Notes under the pieces: model-generated
Database searches by the model: none
Seen by the model: the letters and a program-made list of their open reading frames with translations, nothing else
Told to the model about the DNA's origin: nothing
Assembly (NCBI RefSeq): GCF_964355755.1
Contig: NC_092673.1
Location: 16,216,948 to 16,280,947 of the forward strand
Reading direction: 5' to 3'
Source: Antedon mediterranea
Taxonomy: Eukaryota > Animalia > Echinodermata
Length of the DNA: 64,000 bases
Shown: piece by piece, positions 27,201 to 42,200 of the stretch
Numbering within the stretch: position 1 is the first letter of the stretch
How the letters are laid out: each line of letters starts with the position of its first letter
Translations under genes and position numbers: made by a program

Positions 27201-30200
27201 GTGAAGTCCGAAGGAAAATCATCATGATTAGGAATAAACGATTGAGATTTAAAATAATTGTTAAACGCTTTAACTTTCTCACTATTTAAAGTTAGGACAT
27301 CATCGTTTAATTTGATTGGAGGAATCTTATAATATTGTTTGGAATTACAAACTGAATTTATGGTAGACCACCAAGTTTTTGAATCACAGTTTTTATTCAT
27401 TAATAAATCAAATTGTTTATCCAAAAAAGTTTGTTTAGCTTTTCTTATTGCTTTAACAACTTTTGCGCGAATTTTCTTAAAACGTTGCATTTGCGAATTT
27501 GAGTTATTTCGAGTGGAATGGGCGCGATTTCTTTTGCGAATAAGAGTTCTAATATGAGCATTAATCCAAGGCTTGTCATTAGGACGCACAGTTATAATTT
27601 TAGATATAATATAGTTATCAACACAATTATTAAATAAGTCAATCCAATTATGACAAACATCTTCAACCTTTGAAGATGAATAAACTTCTTCCCAATTTAC
27701 AGAATTAAGAGCATTACGATATAAATTAAAATCAGTTTTTTCAAAAAGATATATTTTACGATTGTATGGCTTGTCCCGTGTGATACGAATATCAATATTT
27801 GCATATACTGGACTGTGATCACAATTTAAAAGTGGGCACAATGCACCAAAATCATTAATATATACATTTTGACTAGTAACTATATGGTCAATACAAGACC
27901 GTTGGTCTTTTATACAACGTGTTGGCATATTGATGTGTTGAGTTAAACCGTTTTGTTGTAAAAATTCGTAAAATGATTTTCCAAATCTATTTGTGTTTCC
28001 ATCATTGTACCAGTTGTTATTTTGAGCATTCATATCGCCCATCATTAAAGTTAAGCTGTGTCGAGACAAAACAAAGTTATTAGTACTGTTTTGAAAATAG
28101 TCAAGTAGATCCTGATCAGATTGAACATCACTTTGTGGTGGCCTATAACATACATAAGTCAAAATCGTCCAGTTTGAAACTTGTATTTCACACCTTATCA
28201 CATCTGAGATCATTACAAATATGGGAATTAACTAAGTGTATAGAATTAGATATGTAAAAAGCACATCTGCCGCCATGGCGGTTTCTATCATTTCTAATAG
28301 GTTCTCTTGATAACCGTCTAGTAAAATGTCATGGTTCAAGATAGTTTGATCTAGCCATGTTTCTGTTAAAGCAATAATATCATAGTTATTTAAATTTGCT
28401 AGGTGTTGAATTTCAGCTAGTTTACCTGGAACGATTAGACTACGTATGTTAATATGGCAAACTGTAAACTGTTCCGGACCAGGATTTGGATGTATATCGC
28501 CGCACATTAAAAGCATGCACATTAGAACATTATTACGCCCCAAATTTATGATAAATAAATTATCCATTATCAGTAAAAAAAATAAGTAAAGTACTCACTT
28601 TAAAAACGCTAGCACATATGAGAACACTTAGCCAAACGAACATAGTAAACATTGAAATAAAAACAAGAGAACACGTTTTTGCTATCTAAAATCAACAAAT
28701 AATGGTCAAATTCCGTCGGTAAGAAACGTACTGTTAATGACACCGCACAGTCTAAACGTTCTTAATGTTCAGCAATCAGTCGTTCAAAATCATTTTCATT
28801 CTTGATATGCTTGGGTTTTTCTTCACCTTTACACAGGGCCCATATCTTGCATCTGTTAGTCCAGGCACGTTGAACTCCATCATGGTGTCTTACCTTCCAA
28901 AAGAGATTGAAATTTGCTTTTGTTAGGTCTTCCGAGATATAAACCGGCATACCCTTCAGTTTGGATTTGGCTGCAAACACATTGTTACGGGTCCTGATTG
29001 AATTGAACCGAACAATTATTGGCCTAGGCTTGTCAGTAATAGGACCGATTCGATGAGATACTTCAATATCGTCGGACTTGAAAGTGATACCCATTTTGTC
29101 GCGAATAATTCTCGTTAAAATATAATATACTAGTAAGTGCTCACAGATGCTTCTCGAATACATGAACTTTGGTAAATAACTGAAAATTGCACTGTACACA
29201 AAGCAATACAGATATGATGGAATTTATGTATTCAAATATAATTGTCATCCTGAGAATTACCTTAATTTTGTTTATTGCATGGTATTGTTCACCAAATTCC
29301 TGTCTTGGTACATTTGATGATGGGATGGTACTGTATCAGGCTTCATGATATGATATGATCTTCATCGAGGCAAATGATAAATTTGTTTTGATCGTCAATA
29401 TTCATTCATTCATTCATGATGGCTTATCGCCTGACTATTTACTTTAGGCCTCTGGCCCCTAGTAATTAATAAAATAATAATTACATTGAAAAATAAAGCA
29501 ATTTATGGTCACAAGATAAATGAATTAATTAATTTCGTTCTCTAAGCAAAACATATATCTTAACTTATAAGCATGATAAATATATTTAGATAGATTATCA
29601 ATAATTATTGGATCCTGTGATGATATTAAACGGCAGAATTTAAAAGTATTTGGATTTTCAAAAAATAAAGAAGGTATAAATATTTTTCTGATTTCCTTGT
29701 AACGAGAGCAAACTGTAACAAAATGATATTCATCTTCAACTTCGTTTTTATCACATATTTTACATAACCTATTTCTGCGTTCTATTCTTTTCCAGTACAG
29801 TAAGTAGATAACCATAATAAATGCACCCGCTCCCAAAGTAATAATGACTTATCTATTCCATTATGGAATAACTCTCAGGGTAAAAGAACTTTTGTTTATA
29901 GATCAACTAAATTATGGAATTCTCTACCAAATAACACAAAATCAGAACTGCATAATATGTCTTTGGCAACTTTTAAATCTTCACTATAGAAAACATATAT
30001 GTATTAACCTTTTTGCCTTCACAATTGTAAATAGTTTTATATCTGTTTTCTTTCCTTTTGTTTTTCTTTTTATTTTATTTTTGTTGTAAATATGTTTACT
30101 GAACCACTTTGGAAATCAGTACATTTGTATTGAAAGTGTATTTCAGTTTAAAGAAAGAAGAAATAAATAAATAGATTTTAATGATTACTTACATTAAAGT

Positions 30201-33200
30201 AATAGGCTAACAATCACTAGATCTGATCCATGGTAAGATATTATATTTTGTTTTCATTTATCAATAATGATAATTAGGATTTTATCACATTATTTAGCAG
30301 TAATTGTTGTTGTTTATATTAACAAAAAAAAACAATTTCACATAATGTCTGTTGTCAGTATTTATAAACATTCATGATTATGATTCCTTTCCAGTATGGT
30401 GACACTCCATTACATTCATATTTGAAGAGAACTGCACCTACCTTAGAAATAGTGACGTGTCTCGATCAGCATGGGGCACCAGTAGGATTGCAAAATAAGG
30501 TAATGTACAGGGATTTGCTAGTGTAATAGGCTAACATTCTATACATCTGATGTGGTAAACCATTCTATTTTGTTCTGGTTTACCACATTATTTAGCAGTA
30601 ATTTTTACTGTATTGTCTCATATTATGGTATATCTGCAGCATTGCAAAATAGGGTAATGTAGGCTTACAAAGAATTGTCAGGACAATTTCACATTTTATT
30701 GTTATCATGAGTATTTATAAACTTCAACTTCAGTATCAATTAGCCTCCATATTAATCAATAGTATTACTACCTCAAAGAGTAGTATTATTTAATCACACT
30801 TACAGATATAGAATTCTAAAGTGTTTGATTTTGTTCACATTTTTCTCTTTTTACGCATAGCACATTCTAACAAGTTTGTTTTGATTTAGATATTCATTTA
30901 TAAGTCAACTATAATTGTAATGTTTTGTTGTTGTTTTAATATTTCATTTGTATCTGGATAGTATCCAAATATTATTTTCTTTGAAAGTTTATAGTAAAAC
31001 TATTTGTTGTTTTATATTATGGCTCAAACATTTTAACACATCTACCTACTGTTCCAAAGTAAACTTTTATTCAATTTATCTCTCTCTCTCTCTCCTCCAT
31101 CTTTCAATGTTGAAGGCGGTAGACTATAAACGGCAGCGCTCAAGTTTTGGTTTGGATACAGGAGTTATAGGTGGCGCACTGTACAAATTGATGTCATTTA
31201 TTGGCAAATAGTAATTTCTATTCACGTCCTAATTTACAACCAATGTTAAAAAATAGTAAATGTACGTGTTATCACATGATGCTCTTTCATCCAATCTCTA
31301 GATGGTAAATGTTTGAGCCATGACATAATACTGTATGTATGTGATGTGTAATTAAAGTGTGTTATATTGTATATCAATAATTTCTCAAAACTACTAATAA
31401 CTAAACCCATTTTTTTAATAGGATGGAAATACACTTGTCTCTCTTTTAGAAAGTAACAGGCGGATAGAGAGGGAAAGAAAAACTGAAATTTTAAACTTCT
31501 TAGAAGGTAAGTGAAGTTTTAATTATTGAAATTTTAGGATCAACTAGTTTCATTGCAAACGATAAAGATTTGATTTCTCATCAAGTGAAGAAGAATGTCC
31601 AGATAAAGAAAATTAACATTTATGATATATCATTCACAGGTTTATTATAGATTAAATAATTCAGTGGGATAGTAGTATACATGGAAGTTGTGATATGTTG
31701 CAAGATGTAAATTATTTTGCTATTAATACGATAAAAATAACACAAAAATGCACACTTTAAAATTCCTTTGAAATAAAAATATTAAATAAATCATTTTTCA
31801 AATCAAATCAATCTCTTTATTCAATACATCAAAACAGTACACATAACAAAAATAAAGAGATTTTAATGATGATGATGATGATTTTAAGATGAAAGGGACC
31901 TTCAATAAACCTCAAGGGGCTTTTGATAGGAGGCTTTACTTTAAACTAGTTACAATAATCGGATGGGGGATATGCATTGTTAAGGAATATTTAAACTTTA
32001 TTAATTGCACATAAATGTAAAATGTAGATTTTTTTTTTAAATGTAATCTATTTTATATATAATACTATGTACAATTGGTATTCGCATTCAAGGCAAACAA
32101 TTTACGATAGGAGGAGATAAATATTGAATATAAAAATCTAATTTTCTTGTTAAATCCCAGTTTTTGTTTCCACAATGGATGAATTTCCTTCACACATTTT
32201 AAATAATAATTCGTCTTCTTCGAGGAGCTGAATCACCGGATTTTCAGCGCGCCGTGCGTACCAGGTTACTACCGAAAATGATGGCGCTTAATTAAAAGTT
32301 CTTAGTAGATATACAGTAGCTCTATATCTATTAGCCTTAAAAGTTATCCCCTTAATAGCTCTATTACCTATTAAGCACTTCCTAATAGGTTTTACCTCAT
32401 TAGCATAATTCAAAACCCCTACTAATAGTGTTAGATAGATTTTTCACTATTTTCAATCTGTGAGTAACACAGTTGTATGCATCTATCTATTGTCTACTAT
32501 AATAGCAATACCAAGGGCTACCAGCAACCTATTAATATACATAAACAAACTGATAATAGCCAGTAACTTTTAATAAGCTATCTATTTTATACAATAGATA
32601 GATATGGACTACCAGATAGCTATTAGAAATCTATGAGTATCATATCTATCTATCTACTGTCTACTTATTATAGCTATACAAGACTACCAATGACCTATCA
32701 ATGGACTATAAAGAAACTGATAATAGTCAGTTAAATATTAATCAACTATCTATTTTATAGCTGGGAAGTAGTCGTTCCATCATTGACTCATTGAGTTAAA
32801 ATCCTTAGTAGGCGAGATAAAAAGGTCTACTAAAAAACTACTAAAAATAGAGCTATTTCTACTTAAGTCTACTTAAATCTACTAATTTTTTTACTATGGG
32901 TAAAACCAATAGACAAATTCAAACTCCTCCTTCCCACATTCGCATTCGAGGCAAACAATTTACGATAGGAGGAGATAAATATTGAATATAAAAATAAAAC
33001 ATTTTCTTGTTAATCCCATTTTTGTTTCCACAATGAATGAATTTTCTTCACACATTTTTAAGCCGCTTAAGAATACTATTTTTCTGTATGTAAAATTAAG
33101 CATCCCATAAAGCATAACCAAGCTCTACCAAGTGTATAAAGAACAGTGCCCTTATTGTAGGCCTTTAAAAATGCAATTCCATGTCTATATTGGCAAAATT

Positions 33201-36200
33201 CAGCCCAAACCATGGTGGGCTCAAGTTCAAGTTATCTTTATTGTGTTTTCACACAGGTATAAAAACTAAATTGGTTACTGGTCATAAAACAGAATATAAA
33301 TAAAAACATTTAAAAAGTTTAAGGCCTATTAAAAACTTACGATAGGTGGTCAATAATTCCTACTGCCAAATTGTGAATCATACCAGTTATTCATTTCAGG
33401 ATTACTTTATTTTCATTTTACACAGTGAAACCATCCTAATTTGAACCGTATAGAAATGATTTAGATTCAGGATCTCTGTCAAAAAATGTTGCATAACGCC
33501 TATATGTTTGGATGAGTTTGAGTTCCACACAATTTTTAGGACATAATTAATAACTTTAACTGTATACATTTTAGTTAAAAAAATACATTATTATTATAGT
33601 ATATCCAGAATGAATGAATTGCTACAGTCACCCACAAGCTTTTATATAACCTTATACCATTGAAAAAGTTTAAAGATACCATATGACAATTCAAGAGTTT
33701 TGCCAAGCTGTGACTTTTAATATAGTGTTTTTTATGAAAATATGTAATATGTAATATTTTTGTTTTGTGCATTTTTTTAGATTTACCAAGTACTGTTGAT
33801 GAGCAATTTCAAACACAATTTCAGAAACATACAAGTGACAAACAGAAAACAAAACTTCTTAAGCCAGAGAGTGGTGAGTTTAAGAATAAGAGCTGCTGTA
33901 TGTTTTATGATTGTATCTATATTAATTATTATAATTTAACAGAATTGTGATTAAAATGGGATTTCAGTAAAGAGAGAATTAGACGCTAATGTTATTAAAA
34001 AAACATTTCTGAGCGGTACTGTAAAAAGGCGAAAAGTGTGCAACTGATAACAAATAACAAATGGACAGATTTTATTTATCATAAATAAAACAAACAGTTG
34101 ATTGTTTCCATTTAAAATACTATAATAATGGAATGAAGCTAGTTTGCAGATTTATGTGGCATGCTTGCTTGATTTTTGCTTGATTGTTGATTTTTAGGTT
34201 ATTTATATGCATTATCATGCGATCACGCACGTAGAACCTTTCTTTAATAATATCATCATATTTTATTCACTTTTCAACTCGAATTTGCGTTATACGAGCA
34301 CATCAAAAGTGACAGGCTATGCACGTGTAAGTTAACAAAATGGTGAAAATATGCTAAATTTTAAAAATAATATAGATCGTCAGAAAGCTCGGGAACACAT
34401 ATTTTTTATTTCATTTTCTTGAAGTGTATGTATCATGTATGATTTATTATGAAATTAAGAGTACAAAAGTTGATAAGTCATTATTAATTGCATTTTAAAT
34501 TTAAAAAAATTTATTTCGACAATCAAAAAATTATGACATTTTCTTAGGCCAAAATAACAAACTTTAACTTTCTTCTTTCAAAATAAAAGTTCATATATTA
34601 AAGTTAAAATTATATAGTTTGACAGTGCATCATTTTTTAACATTTTTAAAGATGTCATCATAGTAAAAAATTATAATTCATTGCGGTATATAATAATCTA
34701 TCTGCGCCAAAGTGGTTACTGTATAGTAAATACACGGAGGAATCTTTCTACAACTTTTAGTCAGTTGTGTATAGGCTAAAATAGTCCTTGGCTGTACTGC
34801 TAATAACTAATTGTACTGTATATTCATTACATTGGTGGTGGGGGGAGGGGCGGTGTTCTTCTAAACACCAAGCCCTTCAAAGTATAACTAATCTCTACCA
34901 AGTGTATAAAGTGTATATTTTACAAAATATTTATATTATACAAACATTTAGAGTGTTAATTGCATTTTAAGCAATAATACATTTAGAGCAATTATGACAC
35001 ATTGTACATTCTAGGCTATTTTTTTACTATTAATATTTACAAAAGTGTAGCGTACACACATAATGGGGAACTAACGACTGGGGACAGTGTGCACGTTTTC
35101 TGAGCGTGCTTTAGTAGGACCAGAAAAGCCTTTAAAGGTGCAATTCCAGGTCTATATTGACAAAATTGTTTGACATCAGCCTAAACCATGGTGGGGCTCG
35201 AGTTATCTTTATTGTGTTTTGACAAACAGGTATAAAAACAAAAATGGTTACTGGTCATAAAACAGAATATAAATAAAAACATTCAAAAAGTTCAAAGCAT
35301 ATTGAAAACTTACGATAGATGTTTTTAATCGCATTTCCTACTGCCTAATTCTGAATCATACCAGTTATTCATTTCAGGATTGCTTTATTTTCACTTTACC
35401 CATTGAAACCATGCTAATCAACTGTATGTTGCTATAATTTCAACGATTTAGATTCAGGGTCGCTGTCAAAAATTGTTGCATAACGTCTATATGTTTGGAT
35501 GAGTTTGTGTTCATCATAGTAAAAAATTATAATTCATTGCGGTATGTAATAATCTATCTGCGCCAAAGTGGTTACTGCATGTGGTCTGTGCTCGTGTCTA
35601 TGGCATTCAAGGTACCGAGATCGAGTCTCACATTGGGAAACGAAATAAGATTTTTTTTTTATTATTCATATTGTTTGTTCAATTTTATTTTTTAGTGTAT
35701 AGATTATACACATAATTTATAATGAAATCTAGATAAAAAGTAAGTAATGTCTTTATTATTAATTATGTAACAATGTGATTTATGACATTATACGCAGAGG
35801 GATCTTTGATCGGATTGTGATACCGGCTATTGTATTCGCGTTAGCAAGATCCTATATCTATATATAAATTTACGTAAGGGCAAAATTCGATAAATCGCGG
35901 TTTATTTCCAGAATTTATACTCGATGGTATATAAAGTTGGTTCGTACTTTCGGTACTCATTTTAACCACCTGATGTAACCCTGTTTACTAATTAAATTGA
36001 GTTCGATAATTAGTTATTGACGATTAAAACGAATTTAGGTTCAACGATTTGCCCCAAATAGGGGTGTTTCGTGGTTGTGGTATACACTGTATAATGGATG
36101 TCAATCTTAATAAATACCCACACACAATAATACGAGGATGCTTCGCATTTTCCTATCTCCTCCTCAATAATTGTTTTTAATAGCTGAAAACCGGTTGAAC

Positions 36201-39200
36201 AGCTCGAGTACAGCATCATAATGTTGAAGATTTTCTTTAAAAAATACTATTTTGATAGATTTAAATTAATATACGTTTATACAAATGTTTTGATCTGGGA
36301 TAAATGGAACATTCCAATCTCTGTTCCACAAGTTTCTATTCCCTCAGGCGTCGTAAAGACAAGTACAGTCATAACAGAAATTCGATCCATTTTTTTTCAA
36401 TCTGTGCGGATTACCAATAAAAAAAACCCCCAAAAATCATATCTTTAACAACGTATTAACAGGAATACTATCAAGTTTCCAACTCTTAACCAACGGAGGA
36501 ACTACTTTTATTGTATTTGTCTCTATAAATGTATCAATGTGTCATTTGGGTCCTTTCTCCTTTCTTTATTTGAATATTCTTAAAAACGGATTTACCATTA
36601 TGGGCCCTCAACAAGACAAAACAACAAACAACAACAAAGAATTATAAAAATTAAAATAAAGATATGAACAAGATGATAATGACAAAGAAGTTTGTGTTAA
36701 TAAGAATGACATTACTCTAACATTAAAATTAGTATCATATTTTAACACAAAGAATATAATGCTGATTATTAAGACAAACATAAAGTGGGTAGTTTTGTTG
36801 TACTGTAGTTGAATTTCTAAAGCTGATTATAGATATAGAAAGTTATTATAATGTTTCACAAATCTATCTGAAAACAATGATTTCAACAATAAATATAGCA
36901 TAGCATAGTTAAATGTAGACAGTGAACAATTTTATTCCCTGGTGGTAGTGTTTTCTCTGCTTTGGCCCTCCTCAGCACTCCACATTTTGCTGAAACAAAT
37001 AAAAATATAAATTTACATCATTGTGTGAACAGGTGCCATGTTAAAATATATTAAATATAAATTAGACAAATTTCACAAATTTCATATTGTAGTGAATTTA
37101 TCTTTAGTTGGTTCCGAGCTTTCTCAGGCGTATATCCACTCGACGTACACAGCTGTCGTTCCGAGCTTTCTCGGGCGTATATATTTCCACGCGACGTACA
37201 CAGCTGTCACTGAATAATAACTCATACAAAAAGTATAATTAACTCAACTAGAACTTTTATTCCTTGTAATTCGATTAATACATCTTTCTACCACTACCAG
37301 TCAAGCCTTATTATATTCTTTATCATCTTTCCGTTTATCTACTCTGATCTTATTCTCTCTTCTTCTTACTAACTATTACATTCTACTTTTATACAAGATA
37401 TGCAAATTTTAGGCTTCAGAGGAGGATAACATTTTCCCTCCGAAATTTACACGATTTTGATTGGCTAATAATAAGGCGGACGTGGACTAAAGCATCCTTC
37501 TCTAATCACAGAGAATCACAACATCAATAATATGACATTCCCCTGTTTGGGAAAAAGATTGTGTCAATCTTTCCAAAAATTTAACATTTAAAACCATTTT
37601 ACTTTAAACTATCTACTAATAACACCTCTATAATATTATTTATGCACGACTTAATCCATCTGCATTTCCATTTAATGATCCTTTCTTGTAAATAACTTTA
37701 AATTTATATCCTTGTAAAAACAGAGCCCATCTCATAAGTCTAACATTGGCACCCTTCATTGAGTCCATCCATCTCAATGCCTGGTGGTCAGTATGAACTT
37801 GAAATTCACAACCATACAGATAATACTTAAGTTTATTGATAGCCCAAACAAAAGAGAGGCACTCTTTTTCTGGCACAGAATATCTCTGCTCATGTACAGA
37901 TAACTTTCTACTTAAGTACACAATGGGATAATCATTACCCTCACCATCTATTTGGCTCAGCACTGCACCTATGCCATAATTTGAGGCATCGGTTTGCAAT
38001 ATAAACATCTTATCAAAATTTGGGGCTTTTAATACATTATCATCAGTAAGTCGTTTCTTTAAAGTTACAAAGGCATTTTCACATTGTTCATTCCACTTAA
38101 CGGTATTACTTTTACTCTTTAAAGTTAAATCAATCAACGGCTTAGCAATATCGGCATAGTTCTGTACAAATTTTCTGTAATAGCCAGTTAATCCGAGAAA
38201 TGATCGGACTTGTTTCTTAGACAAAGGTCTGGGGAACTTTTCCACAGCCTCAACCTTATCAATCATGGGTCTAATTTCTCCATTACCAATCTTATGCCCC
38301 AGAAATTCTACCTGAGCATAGGCAATTTTACATTTCAAAGGCTTTGCTGTCAATCCAGCACTACTTAATCTTTCTAATACATCATTCAAATGAAAAATAT
38401 GATCTTTCCAAGTTTGACTATAAATACATATGTCATCTATATATGCCTTAGCATATCCCTCAGTACCTTGTAATACCTTATCCATTAATCTTTGGAAAGT
38501 ACTAGAGCTATTTTGCATACCAAATGGAAGTACATTATAACAATACTGTCCAAATTGTGTAATAAATGCTGATTTGTCTTTGGTCTTAGGATCCAGAGGC
38601 ACCTGGTAAAATCCTTTAGTTAGATCTAACGTAGTTATGTATATTGCGGATGATACCTCATCCAACATTTCGTCTATGCGAGGCATAACATAAGGGTCAA
38701 ATTGTGTAGTCTTATTTAGTGATCTAAAATATGTCACCATTCTAATTTGATTCTGGCCTTTCTCCAGGGCAATAATAGATGCAGCATAGGCACTAACTGT
38801 AGGTTCTATTATACCCATAGCCAACATACTATCTAATTCTTCTTTCAATTTACCCTTTAATGCTTGGGGCGTTCTATATGCCCTATGCCTTATAGGCATT
38901 TCACCATTAGTCTTAATTTCATGTGTCACTAAGTGAGTTCTACCTGGTACATCCGAGAATACATTCTGTTGGTACTTTAACAATTCTGTTAATTGTTTAG
39001 TTTGTGTATCATTTAAATTACTACTAACGTTAACATCTCTCCATGTTTGTGATTGATGATAAGACAATCCTATGTCTATTTCACTATCTAACTCATTGTC
39101 ATGGACTGTTTCATTTAAGTCTACTTCTTCTATCGACTGAACATTTGTTACTACATAATAACCATCTTTACTTATTTCTACTTTATCATACCATCTCTTT

Positions 39201-42200
39201 AACATATTAACATGTAGAATTTGTTTTTCTTTTCTTCTACCTCCTATGTATATTTCATAATTTACATCATTGACCTTTTTTGTAACAGTGAAGGGGCCTT
39301 GCCATTTACTGTCTAACTTACTATTTCCTACTGGAAGGAATATCAACACTTTGTCCCCTTCTACAAATTCTCTATCAATAGCATTCTTGTTATAATTGTG
39401 GGACATAATTTCTTGTTGTTCAAGTTTGTTTACATTAGCATCTTTCATTAATTCCTCCATTTTTTCTCTTATGTCTAACATGTATTTGATAACATCAGTA
39501 GATGTTTCTTCATCTTCTACCCAATTACTTTTGAGTAAACTCAAGGGTCCCCTCACCTCTCTACCATAAAGCAATTTAAAAGGTGAATGGCCCGTCGCTT
39601 TACTAGGAACTTCTCTGTATGCAAACAGAAAGGGGGGTATGTAGTTATCCCAATTTTTTCTTTGCTTAACTGTAAGTGTCCTTATCATATTTTTCAATGT
39701 ACCGTGGAATCTTTCAACAAGCCCATTGCTTTGGGGGTGGTACACTGTAGTCTTTAATTGATTAATCCCCAACATACTACATATAGATTGCATAATTGAA
39801 GACATGAAATTAGTTCCTTGATCATGTACAATCTCTTCGGGTAATCCTACTCTAGTAAAGACTTCTATTAGAGCCCTGGCTACTGTTTCAGCTCTAACAT
39901 TGGGTAACGGGATAGCATCCGGATATCTCGTAGCATAGTCAATTATAGTAAGCATATATTTGTTATTACGGCTTGTTCTAGATAAGGGTCCAACAATATC
40001 TATCGCTATACGTTTAAATGGTGTACTTATAATCGGTAATGGTATCAAAGTATGTTTCCTTTTACTTTTACCCTTCTCTACCTTTTGGCATTCCTTACAG
40101 ACTTTACAATAGACTACAACATCTTTAAATATACCTGGCCAATAGAATTGGTTCAGGATCCTACTTTTAGTTTTCTCAACACCCATGTGACCTGCAAATG
40201 GCACATTATGACCTAAGTGTAATACACCCTGTCTACATTGAGTGGGTAATACAATCTGTTCCACTTGGTTATTCTTATCTTTAATACTACTCCAATTTCT
40301 CATCAATATACCTTGTCTCATAAAGAAACACACCCTATGCTGACCTATTTCTTCTATAGGGACTACCCTGTCAAACACTCCTTTGAGTGAGTCATCCTTA
40401 GTTTGCAATTTGATCAGTTCTTGTTTAGTTAGGTTCAGCTTGTGCTGTTGTTCATAAGTTTTACGTTTGACTGTTTTATCTTTAGCTTTATCCTCATTTT
40501 CGTCAAACAAATTATTCATTTCTGTTCCATTCATATCATCTAAACACTTAGTTTTATTTACTTTGTTGTCATTTACTACTGTTTTCAACATTTGTACATT
40601 AGTTTCTTTAGGCGGCTCTTCTATCGGCTTAAAGTTACTATCTTTCCCTAACAATATCATTTCGTCTTGTATTCTAACATCATTTTCTATTCTGGCTTGC
40701 TCCCTAGTTAGGACGAACATTTCTTTAGCCATTGTTTCCCCACAATTCTGGTCCAAATCATGACCCAATAACATATCCCTCTGTAATCCTTCGATTACGG
40801 CTACAATCACTTTTCCTGTCACTATCTTACTTTCTATAGCTACTTCAGCTAAGGGGACGGTAATATCGCCTCCTATACCTCTTAACGTAACCCATTTTCC
40901 TGGCAAGTAACATTTGTTAGGCACTAGACTTTCCTTAACAGCTGACTTGGTACATCCCGAGTCTCTAAGCATAGTTATATCCTGTCCTTCTAATTTTCCT
41001 GGTATTATACACTTCTCCATTTTATTTTCTACACTATCCATAACTACTTGGGGTCTATCTGATTTTATTCCTTCACATCTTAAGCCATCTTTCACATTCG
41101 GGCCCTTCTTAGTGTCACTAGTCTTTCCTTTTGCTACCATCTTAGGACAATCCCCTATTTTATGTCCCTTCTCCTTACAATTAAAGCATAGGCCATTAAT
41201 CCATTCATTTGAAGGTTCTCTCTGTTGGAAATTTCTACCATAGTTATGGAATTTGCCTCCCCTTCCGCGATACCTATTGTATCCTTACTGCCTAGCTCCA
41301 GGGTTATTCTGAGTCGTACTATTCTTAGGTTTACTATTTTCTTGGCCCTTATAATACGTAGGCTTATTTTCAGAATTTACGGCATTCCAATAGCCACGGC
41401 CACCTCTATTAGCTATATAATCATCGGCTATCATAGCCATATCATAGCTCTTATTTACTTGTTTATCTCTAAGATAAAGCCTCAGATCTTCAGGCATTTT
41501 ATCAAGTGCCTGTTCCATTATAATCATTTCAATAATGCCTGCAGCATCATCTTCTTTTACATTAGCACATTTCATCCAACATTTTAAATAATGGGAGAGC
41601 TCATTCAGCCATTCCCTGATGGACATATCTTTAACTCTGTTTGAATTTCTAAATTTAAATCTGTAGGTCTCAGCGGACACATCATACTTTTCTAAGATTG
41701 CCTTCTTTAAGGTATCATAATCTACACATTCTTTTACGGTTAAGGATGCATATGCTGTCCTAGCTTTACCAGACAGTTCAGGTGCTAACCTAGCGGACCA
41801 CGTATTTTTATCCCAACCTGTGGCTTCTGCCAAGTGTTCAAATGTTCTAAAATATATATCAATATCATCTGATTCCTTCAAAGTAGGAACCTTTACCTTC
41901 ATTTCATCTACTATATTCCTAGCATTACTGTAGCTAGACCTATTTTCTAATTCCATCATTTTCACTCTTTCTTGTGATTCAATTTTTCTTAGCTCTATAT
42001 CTTGTTGGTATTCTAACTTTTTGTTTTCGGCCTCGGCCTCGAACTTCATTCGAAAATATTCGAGCATCATATCTTTAGGCATACCGCCGGGTATTTCGGG
42101 CAAATCAATATCCCTAGCCATGTTATCATACATTTCATTGACTTGGTCAACCATATCTTCCCTAGTATCTTTGTCTGACATAGTCTTATCTATATTTTTA

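Larger units (their letters stand above)
5618..30463 (+). repeat. 12.4-kb near-identical tandem segmental duplication (about 5618-18018 and 18019-30463)
   Basis: ORFs recur at +12401 (6101/18502, 8120/20521, 9285/21686); the copies differ by scattered SNPs, a 20-bp indel and a 2-bp indel. Confidence 0.95.
2286..30570 (+). repeat. Tandem array of roughly 1.4-2.4 kb intron-plus-ankyrin-exon units, interrupted by TEs
   Basis: The same AT-rich intron blocks (e.g. aatcactagatctgatccatgg; gaattaccttaattttgtttattgcatgg) recur before every ankyrin exon. Confidence 0.9.

Noticed and set aside
32080-33060. About 120-bp direct repeats (32080-32200, 32940-33060) as possible LTRs
   Set aside because: No TG...CA ends, PBS or TSD; more likely a local duplication around a degraded element.
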